The notes: a model not told the origin generated them from the letters alone. A DNA stretch of 61,729 nucleotides, filler included, from 5 parts of 5 records of this genome joined end to end with filler, not necessarily neighbours in it; one strand, 5' to 3'. Positions 49,348 to 61,483 are shown, numbered from the whole stretch's first letter. Translations and numbers: made by a program.

Positions 49348-50548
49348 CCTGAGTAGCTCGTGGTTTGTTTCCCTTGCTTTGCGAGACAGTCCAAGTGTAC
49401 GCGGAACTGTCAATGTTTGTGTTCTTTTTCAGGATAAATGCGAGAAACGAATGGAATATTGCGCTGCTATCCGGTGCGCTTGTGCGTGCGTCTCCCAATC
49501 CCACCCTTGGGCAGCGGAACTGCGCGCAAGCGTTTGTGCCCATAAACCCTCCGCGGGGCCCGCACGTTGGCTTGGCAGGAATCGCGTTTCTTTTTCACGA
49601 CGCACCGCCTCCTGTGCAAAGCATGGCATGTATGCTCCCGCCCATCGTGTACGCAACGAAGGAGCACTGCGCTAAAGCAGTGGCGCTGCACATAGGGGTT
49701 TCGTCCGCGGGCCCACTTGCTGCGAGCTGCAAACTTCCGCTAAAGCTCCCAGGCAACCGTCATATGATGCACCCGATGTCATTCAAGTACATAGCACACG
49801 CATCTCACATAACAGCACAGCAAACACGCCGCGACGAACCGGACACACCCTTCTTTTGAGGAGATCGTCTTGACTGTGCATTGCCCTGCATTCGCGAGAG
49901 AAGAAGTACCGCACACGCGCGCCGCTCGTCAGATCTTGCTGTCCTGCCAAGGAATTGACAAATGCATATACTGCACAAGAACACTAGAGCACTCGTGTAC
50001 GACTGCCTATCACAAATGATCCGGCTGGTCGATGCTTCGCTCTCTTGTGGCGCCGCAGTGCTACTATGCGGGCCGAAAGCGTGCATCCAGAATCCCGAGT
50101 GCCTTCCGCATACCATTACCTACACGCATGCCCAGGGCCGCTGCTGAGACAGTGTTCGCACGCTTCAGGTCATGGAATATGTTAACCAAACCATGTCGTA
50201 CTTTTGCAGTGGTCTAACCAATAGCAATGCGGGCAGTGCATAGACGAAGCGCCCCAGAAGCGAGGAGCGGGAGTGCCCACTGCGGCAGCGATATCACAAG
50301 ACAGCATTCTGCGCTGCACTCCACCCCAAGTGCGGCCACAAAAGATTCTTTGCGCGCTTTCCCTACCCCAAGCACCATACGTCCACAAACAAACTCTACC
50401 TAAAACGATCAAAGTCTCATCGATTTTCGCAGTGCGAGCCACTGCTCTCCCGCATATGCAACACCGCTCGTCGCTGTCAACGGATCGGCGCCGCCCACTA
50501 ACGGTGGCAGGGCTCGCACGTGAAGCCTAAGCCCAAGCCCTTATTGGC

Positions 50549-53508
50549 TCAACTTTCCGCCCCTACGTACGAACCTACAGCGTACAACAACTTGGAGGTA
50601 ACCTTTCCCTTCCCCTGATCAGCTACGTTGAGTACTGTGTAAGATGTATAGCACAGATACTCCCTTTGCACGCAACGAGTCGCAAGAGTGGGGAGAAGCC
50701 CTTCAGCGTGCTCCACCGCGCATCGCGGGACTCGCGAGCCAATGCTCACCATCGATTTCCGGACGCATTGACCCTCCCCAGCTACACGCAAATTCTATTC
50801 CACAACAAATACAAAAAAAAAATCTTGAGCGAGCACTCTACGCCCTCCGCTTGCGCCCCGCATCGCACAGGAATACGTTCTGAGGCGTACTTTTTCGACG
50901 CCTCGCGAATATGAAACCTCCTGAGCATCAGGTCCCGCCCCTCAGCCTCGACGCCTTTTCCTCAGCGTGCAACAGCACCACTAACAGGCATTTCTACCCA
51001 CGTAAAGAGAGAGCCCCATGCCACCTTCGATTGCGCACATCAATGGCGCGAAAGAACGTGCAGTCGGCATAAAGATGCGCTTTAGCCGCTCGTACCGAAG
51101 CATCGTCGCCCACGTCAAACCGTTCCTGTGAAGGCCTTGTCAACGGCTCCTTCAGCCCACTCTGCTCCCGGCTGGCCTTCTCATCCGAGCTAAGCAATGC
51201 GGCAATATCTCCAGGCGAAGTAATCCCAGAGTCTTCCATGGGAGTTCCGTAAACAGAGCTGCCGGTGGAAGCTGGCGTTCTCACGGGCGTGCCGAGCGGC
51301 CCCGAAGTCGCGGCGCAAGGCTCCTGCTGGCAACACAGCAAGGCGGGAGTCGGAGCACGACGGCGGCGGTGAGCGAAACGCTTCTGCAAGTAGGGAAGAA
51401 GAACTAGCCAGAATGCGGTGATCGCAATGCTACGCAGCGAAGCTCCCAAAAATATGCCTTGGTTGAAATATGTACACGCATTGATCCCGGTCGCTCTCAG
51501 GCAATCGCGTAGATTGTTGCTCGCCGTGATGCCGTGCCACAGAGCGACTGCTTAGTATGTCTGCCAGGCCACCGTCGCGCTCCAGCTGGCTGCAGAGGGA
51601 CGGTAGCCACCAAACTCGCGCTCCTATTTGAAGCACTGTATTACACTAGCAAATTGAACAGAAAGCTTCGCGACAGGTGACGGAGTTTTCTCTTAAAGCA
51701 AGGGAATGATGTGCTCTGCGAATGCAGGAGGCGGCGCGCGGCGCAAAACCGCCCTGTGTTTTCGGCTCCCGAACGCACGCCGAGTACCTCTGCCTGCGAT
51801 CCGCGCTTCCCCGTGCCATTTTGGAGTCGTAGCCCATTACATAGGCAAAAAAACCGACTACATACGCACGACCAACTTGAAATTGCGTACTTCTGACGAA
51901 CCATCACACCAAAATAACTTTCTTGGTAGCAGAGCCAAGTTGTCACGGCTGGCCGGGCAGCTTTGTCCATAGCAGCACGCAAGCGGGGGAAGCAGCCCCA
52001 AGGGGGTGTACCACCGCCGCGCACCCTACTCCAAGGAGCTCTTGCATTGGGACGTCGAGTGCTTTGCACGTGAGCACCATTCGTGCCCTCCCTCATCTAG
52101 GATTTGCGTGGACTTCTGTTTTTCTTCCTAACTTCTGGCTAGAAGTGTTCTCCAGCGTGGAAAATACCCGTGTTGTAGTGTGCACCAAATGACAATGTGA
52201 GGGAGACCCGCCCCCCTGCTTCCAGTTGTCCTCTCCGTAGCACTGCACCACAAGGAAGCTGCAGCAACGGAACGATTGGGCAGCTAACATACACCACGCT
52301 CCCCACTGCAAAGAGTGCTGCCTAGCACATTACTGGGGCGTGAAACGCAAACTGACAAAAATCCTTCCAGGAGGAGCTCGCAATACCAATGAAAGGCAAT
52401 CCTCCGCGTGCAAACACTGAGCGCACACCTAATATAGCAGGGTATCTCCGACCAAGAATATGCACTCGCGTTAGCTTTGGAAGCGTGGAGCTCCGAGGCG
52501 TGACTATGCTGTCCTTGGAAGTGACGAGCAAAGGAAAACGGGGCAGCGAAACTCGGCAGTGGAAATGCTCGTGAGCGGGCAATGCACTCGCCGCTATCGC
52601 TTGGCCAAACTCCCCCCCCCGCCTAGCGCGTGCACAGCGCGCGTACTATCGCGATCCCTTCATAAGAGTAGTAGGGAAAGATGCAGCGGCTGTCGTCGAA
52701 TACTTGTCACGGAACTTGTACACTGCAAAATTCCCTTGGCAGCGCGTATGCTGCCATATACTTGCGGTGGGCGACGGCACCTCGCTGCGCGCACGTGACT
52801 CGTTGTGGATGTAGAAGGCGAACCCCCTGACTCCTGCAAAGTGAGCCCGAGCTACTCCATTCTCACCCACGGAGAGTTCCTTTGAGAAATCCCGCAACCA
52901 CCAAAACTATAAAATCATAGCGCTCTAATACGCATCACCTTACTTGGAACACGAGTGTAAACCCCAAATTCTCCTTTAGTGCGCTCTGTTCTCAACCCAT
53001 AGCCACATGTCCGCGACGTTCTCGGTGCGGTGCATCTGTGTGTGACACCCTGTAGCCCACTCCCGCAGCCAGGGCGCACACAACAAGCGCGTGCAGCACG
53101 CTCCGTACTCGTTTACAACATGAAGCAATTCGCTGCCAGTAATGGAGAAACCCCGCTCTCAAATCCATTTTAATGTCGTGGCGGCGTGCGCAGTGCTTTG
53201 CACAAAAGTGGGTTTCGCGATTAATCAATCTTCATTGACAGCGAGCGCGAGCGCGAGCGCCTTGCGTGAATTTGCCCTTCCGTGCGTGCCTGGCGCCAGT
53301 GCCGTACCTTGGAGCGGGGCGGCGGGCTCGCGTCGCGAGTTTTCGAAGCTTCCTGGTGAGTTCCATTAGCCACTTGTTCCTCAGGAACACTTGAGATTGC
53401 TACTGCCTTGTTGTCAGGTGCAGATCCGTTTCCATCCTTGTGCGAGCCGCCGTTGCGATTCTTGCGGCGCCGCTGGTTGTTGCGGCGGCGGCCTCGTTTT
53501 TGAGCCAT
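50549..53508 (-). CDS. putative multi-exon gene of unknown function; structure unresolved
   Basis: Exon 53508-53308 (MAQKRGRRRNNQRRRK..., NLS-like) ends at a GTACGG donor. Protein-like frames also occur at about 51000-51450 and 50550-50670. Confidence 0.3.
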
Positions 53509-55000
53509 GCGACGGTCTCTCCTCGGCAAGCGTGCACAGCACGTTTGCCCAAGAAAGAAATGCAAGGCACCGCGCCCTGGGCAAGCGCACAGCTAGGGTC
53601 GTAGTGGAGACAGGCGAGGTATCTGCGCGGAGAAGGCCGGTGGGGCGAGCAACGAACGCTGTTCAGGCGGGGGGGCAGGGTCAGTCTGCTGCAGGCGCCA
53701 GCGCGTAGGAAACGGCGGCACGTCAGAGGCAATGCGTGGAGGCGCAGACGAGAATCCCTCCCAGTGCGACCCTTCGCATGCCCTTCTCCAGGTGAGCGCG
53801 AAACCAATTGCTCCATCCTAAAACACTTTGAGCATTCATCGAGTTTGTATGTTCTGCCATGGCCCTTTGTCCACTCTGTTAGCATTTCTCAGAAAAAGGA
53901 GCTTGCCACAGCCGGTAGCTTACAACCCAGGCGCTGCGCCGTGTGGCTGCGGCAAGACGACCCCACGCTGCGACTGACGCCTCCGACGTTGCAACAACAT
54001 GCGTTTTTTCTTCCGACGCACAGCCGGTTGGGTTTATAAGATTTCATGTTTTTCTTGTTTTCGAAAGCTTCAAGGGGGCACCTTTGAGAGGGTGAAAGCA
54101 GATCATCATTCCGGCGACGGCAATGATCTCCGCGCTCCTTCGGCTCCACACCCAGCATCCTCGGTCAATCTTGTGCTGCGGTTAGGCCCAGGGGTGCGAT
54201 ATAGTTATTGTCTTCGGAAATCTGCAGCGCCGCCGGTCTCGCGAAAACAGGAATCCACCTGGCCCGCTCACGCGCCGAACAGCCTACGTTCGCAGAGCGG
54301 GCGCGAAAGCTGCTTGGCTGCTCCCTTCCCACGTTTGTGCTCCGCCGGAAACCCAACACACTTGGAGAGGGTCTGCAAACTTTCGTTTAGGAGAACTGTA
54401 CAAGGTCCGTGCCCTCTCCACCAAGGTTGGGCAATCGCGCGCCCGCTTCTCTCGCGTCGCCGGCAAGCGAGTGCCGCCGCTCACCTTCGACGCATCGAAT
54501 CGACGGTGGGGCGCCTCCACGCAGCGTCGCTGAGCGCCGCAGTTTCCTCGCAGCGATGTGCAATTTCCAGTGGCATATCCCTTCTTTGGTATTGGTTACA
54601 ACATATTGATTACGTTGTTTTCCCCTTGTCACAGCACCCAGCCATTTCGCTTTTGTGTGTTCTCTCGCGCGCGCACGCCGGAGCGCTGAAACCGCGACTT
54701 GGAGAGAGTTCCTGCGCGTGAACGCGGACGGCCAAGTTTGGCCTGGCTTTGCGTCAGCTGGCCGGTTTTAGCGCATCAATGTGCGAATTACGGGACCATG
54801 TCGTAGCACATTGTCCGATCGATTCTCATTATCTCCTGGATCACATAACGTTACAGAACACACGTGGAAACTCTGCATTCGTTCCTTCATTTGTGCAGGA
54901 CCGCAGTGGGGCAGCTGGCGCGCTTCCTCGCGCAGTCGCCTTGCGCTTTGAGGCGCTCGGAGCTTCGCCACCAGTCGCCGCCCGCACACTGCCACGCAGT

Positions 55001-55897
55001 ATGCCGTCGGCAGCTCGCATTGCCGCCGCGTATCGCCGAATTGTCGATCGTGTTATTGAAGTATCTGAGCGGCATCGGACCGTATTCACAGTCGGCGGCA
55101 CCATATTATCCGCGGGAGCAGCATGGGCAGGGTGCGTTTGACGAGTCAGTCTCGCGCCTGTGCAATGCCGCGGCGCCGTCGCCGCATCCTGCTCGTGCTT
55201 GGCCTGCTCCTCTTCTCTCGAGGAGGTGCTTGTTCGCACACTTACAATGTCGTCAGAAATATTGACAACATATGACGAGATCGAAACTTTGAGCGACGAT
55301 GGATAGTCTTATTGTAGAGAGAGGCGTACTTCGTGCGTGTCCGTGCTCCCACTGTGGTACTTTCGTGGCCAGAGATGGTGGCACGTCCTTCAGCGCCACT
55401 TTTGCGCGCGCCTACGCAGTTACTCACAACTGCGGGCCTTCCACGCTTGTTCGTGACTTCCAACCTTTCGCCATTACGTCACACGGTGGTTTTCGAATGC
55501 GGTATCGCTATGCCTACCCAACTGCGGATACCAGCCTGACAATGCGACAGGTATGTGGCGCCAGCGTACTGTATGCCGCCCACCGGCTAAGCGCCTTTGG
55601 TCCTGTCGCCGAACTTGGCTGGTGCTTGCGTAGCCTTGCCTGCATTGTCGTCACACCATGCGATGCGCATCAGCGCGGCACTGCAAGCATAAGTGAGGTG
55701 TATTTCAGAGATATGCAGACGCCTGGGTTGTAACCACTCCATGCTTCCGGTTTTGCTGCGTGCAATATGCGCAGTATCACCAGCAGCGCCTCGAATCGGA
55801 GCTACGCCGCCTGAACGAGCGCATCGAGACGGGAATCGGGAGCCAAGTTGAGCAACCGACAAGCGCGATGCCACGCGTGCTGATGCACCCTGTGGAT
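55001..55897 (+). CDS. small membrane protein with a microexon (3' end missing)
   Basis: Exons 55001-55131, 55535-55550 and 55775-55897 give ...FTVGGTILSAGAAWAG-LTMRQ-YHQQRLESELRRL...; resembles an uncharacterised plant-type membrane protein as recalled. Confidence 0.6.
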
Positions 55898-56057
55898 GTA
55901 CGTCCGTTCGAGTGGCATAGAGTGACATCTTGAAAGTGCTGTTTCACCCATATCTCTCAGTGACTGAGAATCGCGCCCGTCGTAGTGAAACTGGTTTCTT
56001 GTTGCCAAGGGCCTCTAACAGCGCCTAGCTGTAGACGAAGGTGCTGTCGCTGTGCTT

Positions 56058-56246
56058 GTATGTAAAGTTGGTACGTACGTGCGTATGCATGCATCTATGT
56101 ATGTGCGTATGTACGCATACATGTATGTATGCGTATATGAATGTTAGTATATATGCGTTTATGTACGTACGTAATTACGTATATATGTACATATGTAGGT
56201 GTGCATGCATATATCCATGTATGTATGTATGTATGTATGTATGTAT
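56058..56246 (+). repeat. degenerate (TATG)n microsatellite
   Basis: TATG/TACG/TGCA-type tetramers that become a pure TATG run at the contig end. Confidence 0.9.
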
Positions 56247-56346
56247 NNNNNNNNNNNNNNNNNNNNNNNNNNNNNNNNNNNNNNNNNNNNTTAATTAATT
56301 AANNNNNNNNNNNNNNNNNNNNNNNNNNNNNNNNNNNNNNNNNNNN
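56247..56346. other. artificial contig linker
   Basis: N-run + TTAATTAATTAA + N-run. Confidence 0.99.
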
Positions 56347-56348
56347 CC

Positions 56349-58142
56349 GATGCCGATGCCGATGCCGATGCTGACGTTGTAGCCTTCGATGATTTGGCTG
56401 CTGTCAGTGTTGGAATCGTCCCTGTCTCTGCGAGCCGTTCGGATTCTGGTACCGACACCGTGTTGGTGAACATCGGTCAGGTGACAAATACCTACGAGTT
56501 TGAAGTCCCTGAAGGATCACTGACCGATGTTAGCTTCACCGCCGATGTGGGCGGGCTGTTGGCAGTGCTGGATAACACCTTCGTTGACCTGGAGGTCTTC
56601 GAGGACGGTGATTGGGTATCACTGGAGGACTCGTCCAGCAGCGGCCTGCTTGATCTAGTTGGAATCTTCGGCGAGGACGCACAGGTTGAGGCGTCTGGTC
56701 TGGAGGCTGGTGACTATCGGGTGATCTACGGTGGCGGTAGTTTGGTAGGTGTTTCGACCAGTGTGGATTGGTCTGCGGAGTTCACTGACCATAGCCTGAC
56801 GGACTTCGAAGGCGTTGCTGGTGATCCAATCACTGGTAACGTGATCACTGACCCGAGCTTCGTCGAAGGCGAGCAGGACCAATTGGGTGTCGATGACCTT
56901 GCGGCAGTACATATCCAGGTGGGTGGTGCGTTCGTCGAGGCAGGTGCTGGAACGGTGGTCGAAGGTGAGTATGGTACGTTGACCATTGATGCTGATGGCA
57001 ACTACTCCTACGTACCCAATGTGGCTGTCGAGAGCATTGGCTTGGTTGAAACCTTCGCCTACCAGTTGGTACATCCTGATAGTTCTACCGAGACGGCGAA
57101 TCTGTATATCCGTATCGATAGTGAGGATGCCGACCTGATCTGGGACGATAACAGCCCATCAGCTCCAGCGACAGTAATGATGGCGAACGACAACATCGAT
57201 GCAGGGCAGGTCGATGTCGTTAACGTGGTGGCTACCACTACGCAAGAGGAGGCCATCGACTACAGCTGGCTCCTTGGAATCGGCGGTATTGTGCTTGGTC
57301 CAACAGAAGGCAGCACGGCGTTCTCGTTGGCTGAGGATACGCTCACCGATCTCACTATCAACATCGATGTAGGTAGCTTGGTGTCCCTGCTCGACTCCGT
57401 CGACTTCCAGCTCTACAAGCTGGAGGGAGATGGTAGCGAAACACTGGTCATGGATATGGATCAAGCGAGCCTGCTCGATCTGATCGGTATTTTCCCAACC
57501 AGCCTGGAAATTCCCGTCGAAGGGCTTGATGCCGGCAATTACCGTCTGGATGTCTCCAACGGTAGTGCAGTAAGTCTCCCAGGTGGAGTCACTGTCGACT
57601 TGACCTACGAGACAACCGACCTGACTGAGTTCACTGCGGGCGAGGTGTTCGAAACCATTGGCAATGTCATCGTCGATGACAACCTGGGTTCTGAGTACAC
57701 CACGCTGAGCGTGATGAACGAGCTAGGTGAGTTCGTCATACCGGGGCATGGCGGTATTGTCATTGAGGGTGAGTATGGTGTGTTGAGCATCATGTCCAAC
57801 GGTGACTATAGCTATATACCGAATGCCGATATGGCGAACATCGGTGAAACGGAGGTCTTCACTTACCAGTTGACCCATCCGAACGGCACGACCGACGAAG
57901 CAACCTTGTCGATTGGTGTTGAGCAGTACGAGTCGCCAGAGGCGATGAGTACCTTCAGCCTTAGCGATATGGACTTCGGTGATGACACCGAAGAGCTGGT
58001 ATTCCCTGAGTCTGAGGACAGCAACGAAGAGGAGGAGCAAGTAACGAGTGGTACTGATGGCTTTGAGGAGGTGCCAATGGGCGACTTCTCCGAGCCGAAG
58101 AATCCGCTTGACGATGAGTTTGATCAGACTCCTATGATCTGA
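56349..58142 (+). CDS. BapA/Bap-type large adhesin, C-terminal part
   Basis: Begins inside a DADADAD repeat; very acidic; two GEYGxLxIxxxGxYSYxPN...FxYQLxHP Ig-like/VCBS-like repeats and LLDLxG motifs. Confidence 0.85.
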   Translation, partial: DADADADADVVAFDDLAAVSVGIVPVSASRSDSGTDTVLVNIGQVTNTYEFEVPEGSLTDVSFTADVGGLLAVLDNTFVDLEVFEDGDWVSLEDSSSSGLLDLVGIFGEDAQVEASGLEAGDYRVIYGGGSLVGVSTSVDWSAEFTDHSLTDFEGVAGDPITGNVITDPSFVEGEQDQLGVDDLAAVHIQVGGAFVEAGAGTVVEGEYGTLTIDADGNYSYVPNVAVESIGLVETFAYQLVHPDSSTETANLYIRIDSEDADLIWDDNSPSAPATVMMANDNIDAGQVDVVNVVATTTQEEAIDYSWLLGIGGIVLGPTEGSTAFSLAEDTLTDLTINIDVGSLVSLLDSVDFQLYKLEGDGSETLVMDMDQASLLDLIGIFPTSLEIPVEGLDAGNYRLDVSNGSAVSLPGGVTVDLTYETTDLTEFTAGEVFETIGNVIVDDNLGSEYTTLSVMNELGEFVIPGHGGIVIEGEYGVLSIMSNGDYSYIPNADMANIGETEVFTYQLTHPNGTTDEATLSIGVEQYESPEAMSTFSLSDMDFGDDTEELVFPESEDSNEEEEQVTSGTDGFEEVPMGDFSEPKNPLDDEFDQTPMI

Positions 58143-58173
58143 TTAGTACTCTAACGTTGGCATAACTGCCAAA

Positions 58174-58203
58174 GCACCGGGCCTTCGGGCCCGGTGTTGT
58201 TTT
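58174..58203 (+). terminator. Rho-independent terminator
   Basis: CACCGGGCC-TTCG-GGCCCGGTG followed by TTGTTTT. Confidence 0.85.
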
Positions 58204-58294
58204 GAAGTTATTTGAAATCATCCATGAGACGATAAGCAGCGTTCAACATTAGGCCGTTGTGGGCTGAGTCGCTACGCGCTGTATTCGGCCATGA

Positions 58295-61200
58295 TTAGGC
58301 AGTCTCGCTTTCCAGCCAAGCAACGATTTTATGCATTCCTGTGCTGTTTGAGCCTTTTACGAGCACACCGTCGCCATCGTTGAAGGTATCTGCCAGCACT
58401 GTTTTTAACGCATCAATAGACGCCACGTGGGCACCTTGCTGCGTAGCAGGCAAACGCTCCCAGAATGTTCGGTAATGGGGCCCAACGACATACAGTGTGT
58501 CGATTTTAGTACGCTCGACAGCCTCTAAAAGTGCCGTGTGGTACTGCTCGGCTGATGGCCCCAAATCTTCCATATGCCCCAGAATGGCAACTCGTTGTCC
58601 TTCAACAGCGAGATGTCCCAGTCGATCCAATGCTGCGGCCATTGAGCCTGGGTTGGCATTGTAGGCATCATTGATTAGTGTGAATTGGCGACCCTTAAAA
58701 CGAATAAGTTTCTCCTCTCCACGGCCGGGTAATGGGCGGAATGTTTTTAAGCGTTCTAGTATTGATGCTAGCGGATAGTCTAGTGCCGTAATGACTGCTA
58801 TTACTGCAAGGCTATTCAAGGCCATATGGTGGCCTGCTGCTCCAATTTCCACGCGTTCCTGTGGGCCGCCGTAACGTGACAATGTGGCAACCTGCGTTAC
58901 GTTTTCATAGCTAATCAGTCGTATGTCACTCTGCTCGTGTTCGCCAAACAATATGACGCGTTGCTCGTTCTTAATGGCGGCCGAGTAGACCATTTCAAAC
59001 TCGAGCATATCTCGGTTGATGACAGCGATCCCACCCGGTGACATACCCTCGAAAATGGCGCTTTTGACGCGAGCAATATCAGCCACTGTGTGTGAGCTAC
59101 CTATATGCGCCGGATGGACGTTTAGGAAAACAGCAACATGCGGCCGTGCCATTCTGGAACTGGTCGGCATTCTGCCGACTGCCATTTCTAGTACTAGGTG
59201 TGGCACATCCCATCCTGCTGAAGATAGGTTCCAGGCAACGCCATGCGGTAAATTTGCATTGTGTGCACTGGCATAAACGTCACCTCGGGTTGCTAGCGCA
59301 TGTGCCAGCATAGCCACGGCCGTCGTTTTACCTGAGCTTCCAGTCACTCCGACAACAACACCGCTCAGCTGATTTCGAGCATAGCGGCCAAGGGCTAAGA
59401 TTGCCTCCCCGATGTTGTCGACCTCAAGTATTGGGAGTTCGTTGCTTTCTAGCGCCAGCGTGGATGATGAGGATGAGCTCACCATGATACCTGCTGGTGT
59501 TGGTAAGGTGCTCACGCGACTTGGCAGAACGCCGACCTTCTCATCCTCGCCTCTCACAACCACGAGGTCGCCACCACAAACGCTCGGAGCGAAATACTTA
59601 ACTCCCTTTGCGAACCAGTCGTGTGTAGGCCGTCGAAGCCAGCGCCCCCCTGTAGCTGCTTCTATGTGATGGGCATTCCAGGCGCGGTCGTTGACCACGG
59701 GGGAGGGGGCGCAGGGCGCTTTTAGATAGTGGGTCAAGAACGCAACATACCCCGACAAATAGTGCTCCACATCATCGATGCGTACACGGAAACTGTGGTG
59801 GCGAATAAAGAAGCTACCCATGATGCGTTGGGGGTTCTGAAAGTAGATAGCGAATTCTGGCCAGAAAAAACCATTGAGCAGGTAGTGTGCCCGTGCTTCT
59901 AATGCGCGGTAGAACTTCTTAAGATCAATTTGCTCCAGCAGGTGTCGATGCTGCTTGCTGGTTTCCAGGCGTGTGATCATTTTGTGAGCTGCCATCATCA
60001 ATTCAAGCAGCGTTGGGAAAGTCGTAATACGCCCCATCACAAAATTAAGATGTCCTGAAACGTTTTTGATACCAAATTGGTAGTAACGTTCTTCTGGCCG
60101 GTAAAGCGTTAACTCATTGACGCAGTAGCTAAGCCAATGGTCATGGATTTTCCAGTGCTCTTTCTCGATGAAATACTCGAACGCCCTTTCAACCGTGTTC
60201 AACCAGCGCTCATCTTTAGTAAGGCCGTATAGGCGCATTAGGCCGAAAGCGGCCTCGCCATCGTAGTATATGATGCGAAACTCTTCTTTTATGCTGAGGT
60301 CGTTGGCATTTAAAACGTGATAGAACTGACCAGTGTCCTGATTTTGCATGCGCTGTATACCGAGCGCTAGCTGCTCCATAAGCGGCAAGTATTGCTGGTC
60401 ATTAGTAAGCTCTGTGTATTTAACAAGGGCAAGCAAGCATACCGCGTTGCCGCCGAGCTTTATTTCGTTATTGCTGTCTTGTAAGTAAGCGAGGGTTTCT
60501 CCAGAAGGTAAGGTATATTGGCGAATTAATTGGCTCGTTAAGTGCTCCATAGAGCGGTCTATTGCAGACTTTAACTCGCTACTTTGAGTGACTTCCCATG
60601 CTTCAAGCATCGAGTACGTGGTACTGGTGTGGCGAAGCGTATTGTAGGCGTTGATTTCTCTGTCGAAGCAGGGGTGAATGCCATAAATAAAGCGGCCTTT
60701 TGCATCGACCTGCTCTGCCAGGAATTGGCTGGATTGCTGGATTAATGAGGTAACCTGAGCAGGGTCTAGCTGCTCGATAATTCGCCGCCCGGTATTGCGA
60801 CCTTCTTGACCGCCGCTATAGCCGTGAAGCAGTTCATGCGGTTTGTCGGGTTGCACTAAAATGGCTTGGGTGGTGAACAGCAGGGCTTGATCTTGGAGGG
60901 CTGGTAATGAGAAGTGCTTACCGTAGCGCTTCACACCATAGCTGAGAAAATTTTTCTTGTTCAGTGCGGCTTTGGGCTGATTGCCACCCAGGTACAGCAT
61001 AGCGTTTGCATTGAGTTCTTGCTCAAGAAAGGCGTAGCGGAAGTTGGTATCTAGAGAGACGCCATATCGGAAATAGTTGCGCTTTACGCTTTGCATCTCT
61101 TTTAGGCAGTCGGCCCATGGCATGACCCGCGTTCCGGTTACCCAGTCAATACGTAGCCAGCGTACCTTAGGCGACTCTTTAAATTTTCGTTGTTGCCAGT

Positions 61201-61483
61201 CGGCGAGCTTTTTCCACACCTCGGTTAGATGCTTACCTGAAAACTGCACCACGGTTGCTCGTTGCAAGCCATCCGTGAATGATAAAAATAGGGTAAGTGA
61301 TTTGTTTACTGATAAATGGGCTTTCGACAGCTCTGCTTCCAGTGGCGCTTTTGCCTGCAAAATTAGCGCTGAGAGTTTTTTTGTGGGGTGCTGCTTGATC
61401 AGGCTGCGTACCTGAGGCTGTTTGGCCTTTGGTTGGGCACTACTTGCGGCGGTAGGCTTTTTCACTGTTGGTTGCTGGCGCAT
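58295..61483 (-). CDS. fusion of an uncharacterised helical (alpha/alpha-toroid-like) domain and a MurF-like ligase
   Basis: C-half GVTGSSGKTT, LPGRG, NDAYNANPGSM, VLVKGS. N-half YNTLRH, IKLGGNA, IIYYDGEAAF, HDHWLSY, RVRIDDVEH. Confidence 0.85.
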   Translation of the reverse strand: MRQQPTVKKPTAASSAQPKAKQPQVRSLIKQHPTKKLSALILQAKAPLEAELSKAHLSVNKSLTLFLSFTDGLQRATVVQFSGKHLTEVWKKLADWQQRKFKESPKVRWLRIDWVTGTRVMPWADCLKEMQSVKRNYFRYGVSLDTNFRYAFLEQELNANAMLYLGGNQPKAALNKKNFLSYGVKRYGKHFSLPALQDQALLFTTQAILVQPDKPHELLHGYSGGQEGRNTGRRIIEQLDPAQVTSLIQQSSQFLAEQVDAKGRFIYGIHPCFDREINAYNTLRHTSTTYSMLEAWEVTQSSELKSAIDRSMEHLTSQLIRQYTLPSGETLAYLQDSNNEIKLGGNAVCLLALVKYTELTNDQQYLPLMEQLALGIQRMQNQDTGQFYHVLNANDLSIKEEFRIIYYDGEAAFGLMRLYGLTKDERWLNTVERAFEYFIEKEHWKIHDHWLSYCVNELTLYRPEERYYQFGIKNVSGHLNFVMGRITTFPTLLELMMAAHKMITRLETSKQHRHLLEQIDLKKFYRALEARAHYLLNGFFWPEFAIYFQNPQRIMGSFFIRHHSFRVRIDDVEHYLSGYVAFLTHYLKAPCAPSPVVNDRAWNAHHIEAATGGRWLRRPTHDWFAKGVKYFAPSVCGGDLVVVRGEDEKVGVLPSRVSTLPTPAGIMVSSSSSSTLALESNELPILEVDNIGEAILALGRYARNQLSGVVVGVTGSSGKTTAVAMLAHALATRGDVYASAHNANLPHGVAWNLSSAGWDVPHLVLEMAVGRMPTSSRMARPHVAVFLNVHPAHIGSSHTVADIARVKSAIFEGMSPGGIAVINRDMLEFEMVYSAAIKNEQRVILFGEHEQSDIRLISYENVTQVATLSRYGGPQERVEIGAAGHHMALNSLAVIAVITALDYPLASILERLKTFRPLPGRGEEKLIRFKGRQFTLINDAYNANPGSMAAALDRLGHLAVEGQRVAILGHMEDLGPSAEQYHTALLEAVERTKIDTLYVVGPHYRTFWERLPATQQGAHVASIDALKTVLADTFNDGDGVLVKGSNSTGMHKIVAWLESETA

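Noticed and set aside
34316-56246. Specific taxonomic assignment of the eukaryote (for example a red alga)
   Set aside because: Plausible from gene content and the co-occurring bacteria, but not demonstrable without phylogeny.
58295-61483. Housekeeping murF
   Set aside because: It is fused to an extra domain, has divergent motifs and lies outside the division/cell-wall cluster, so the gene symbol is withheld.
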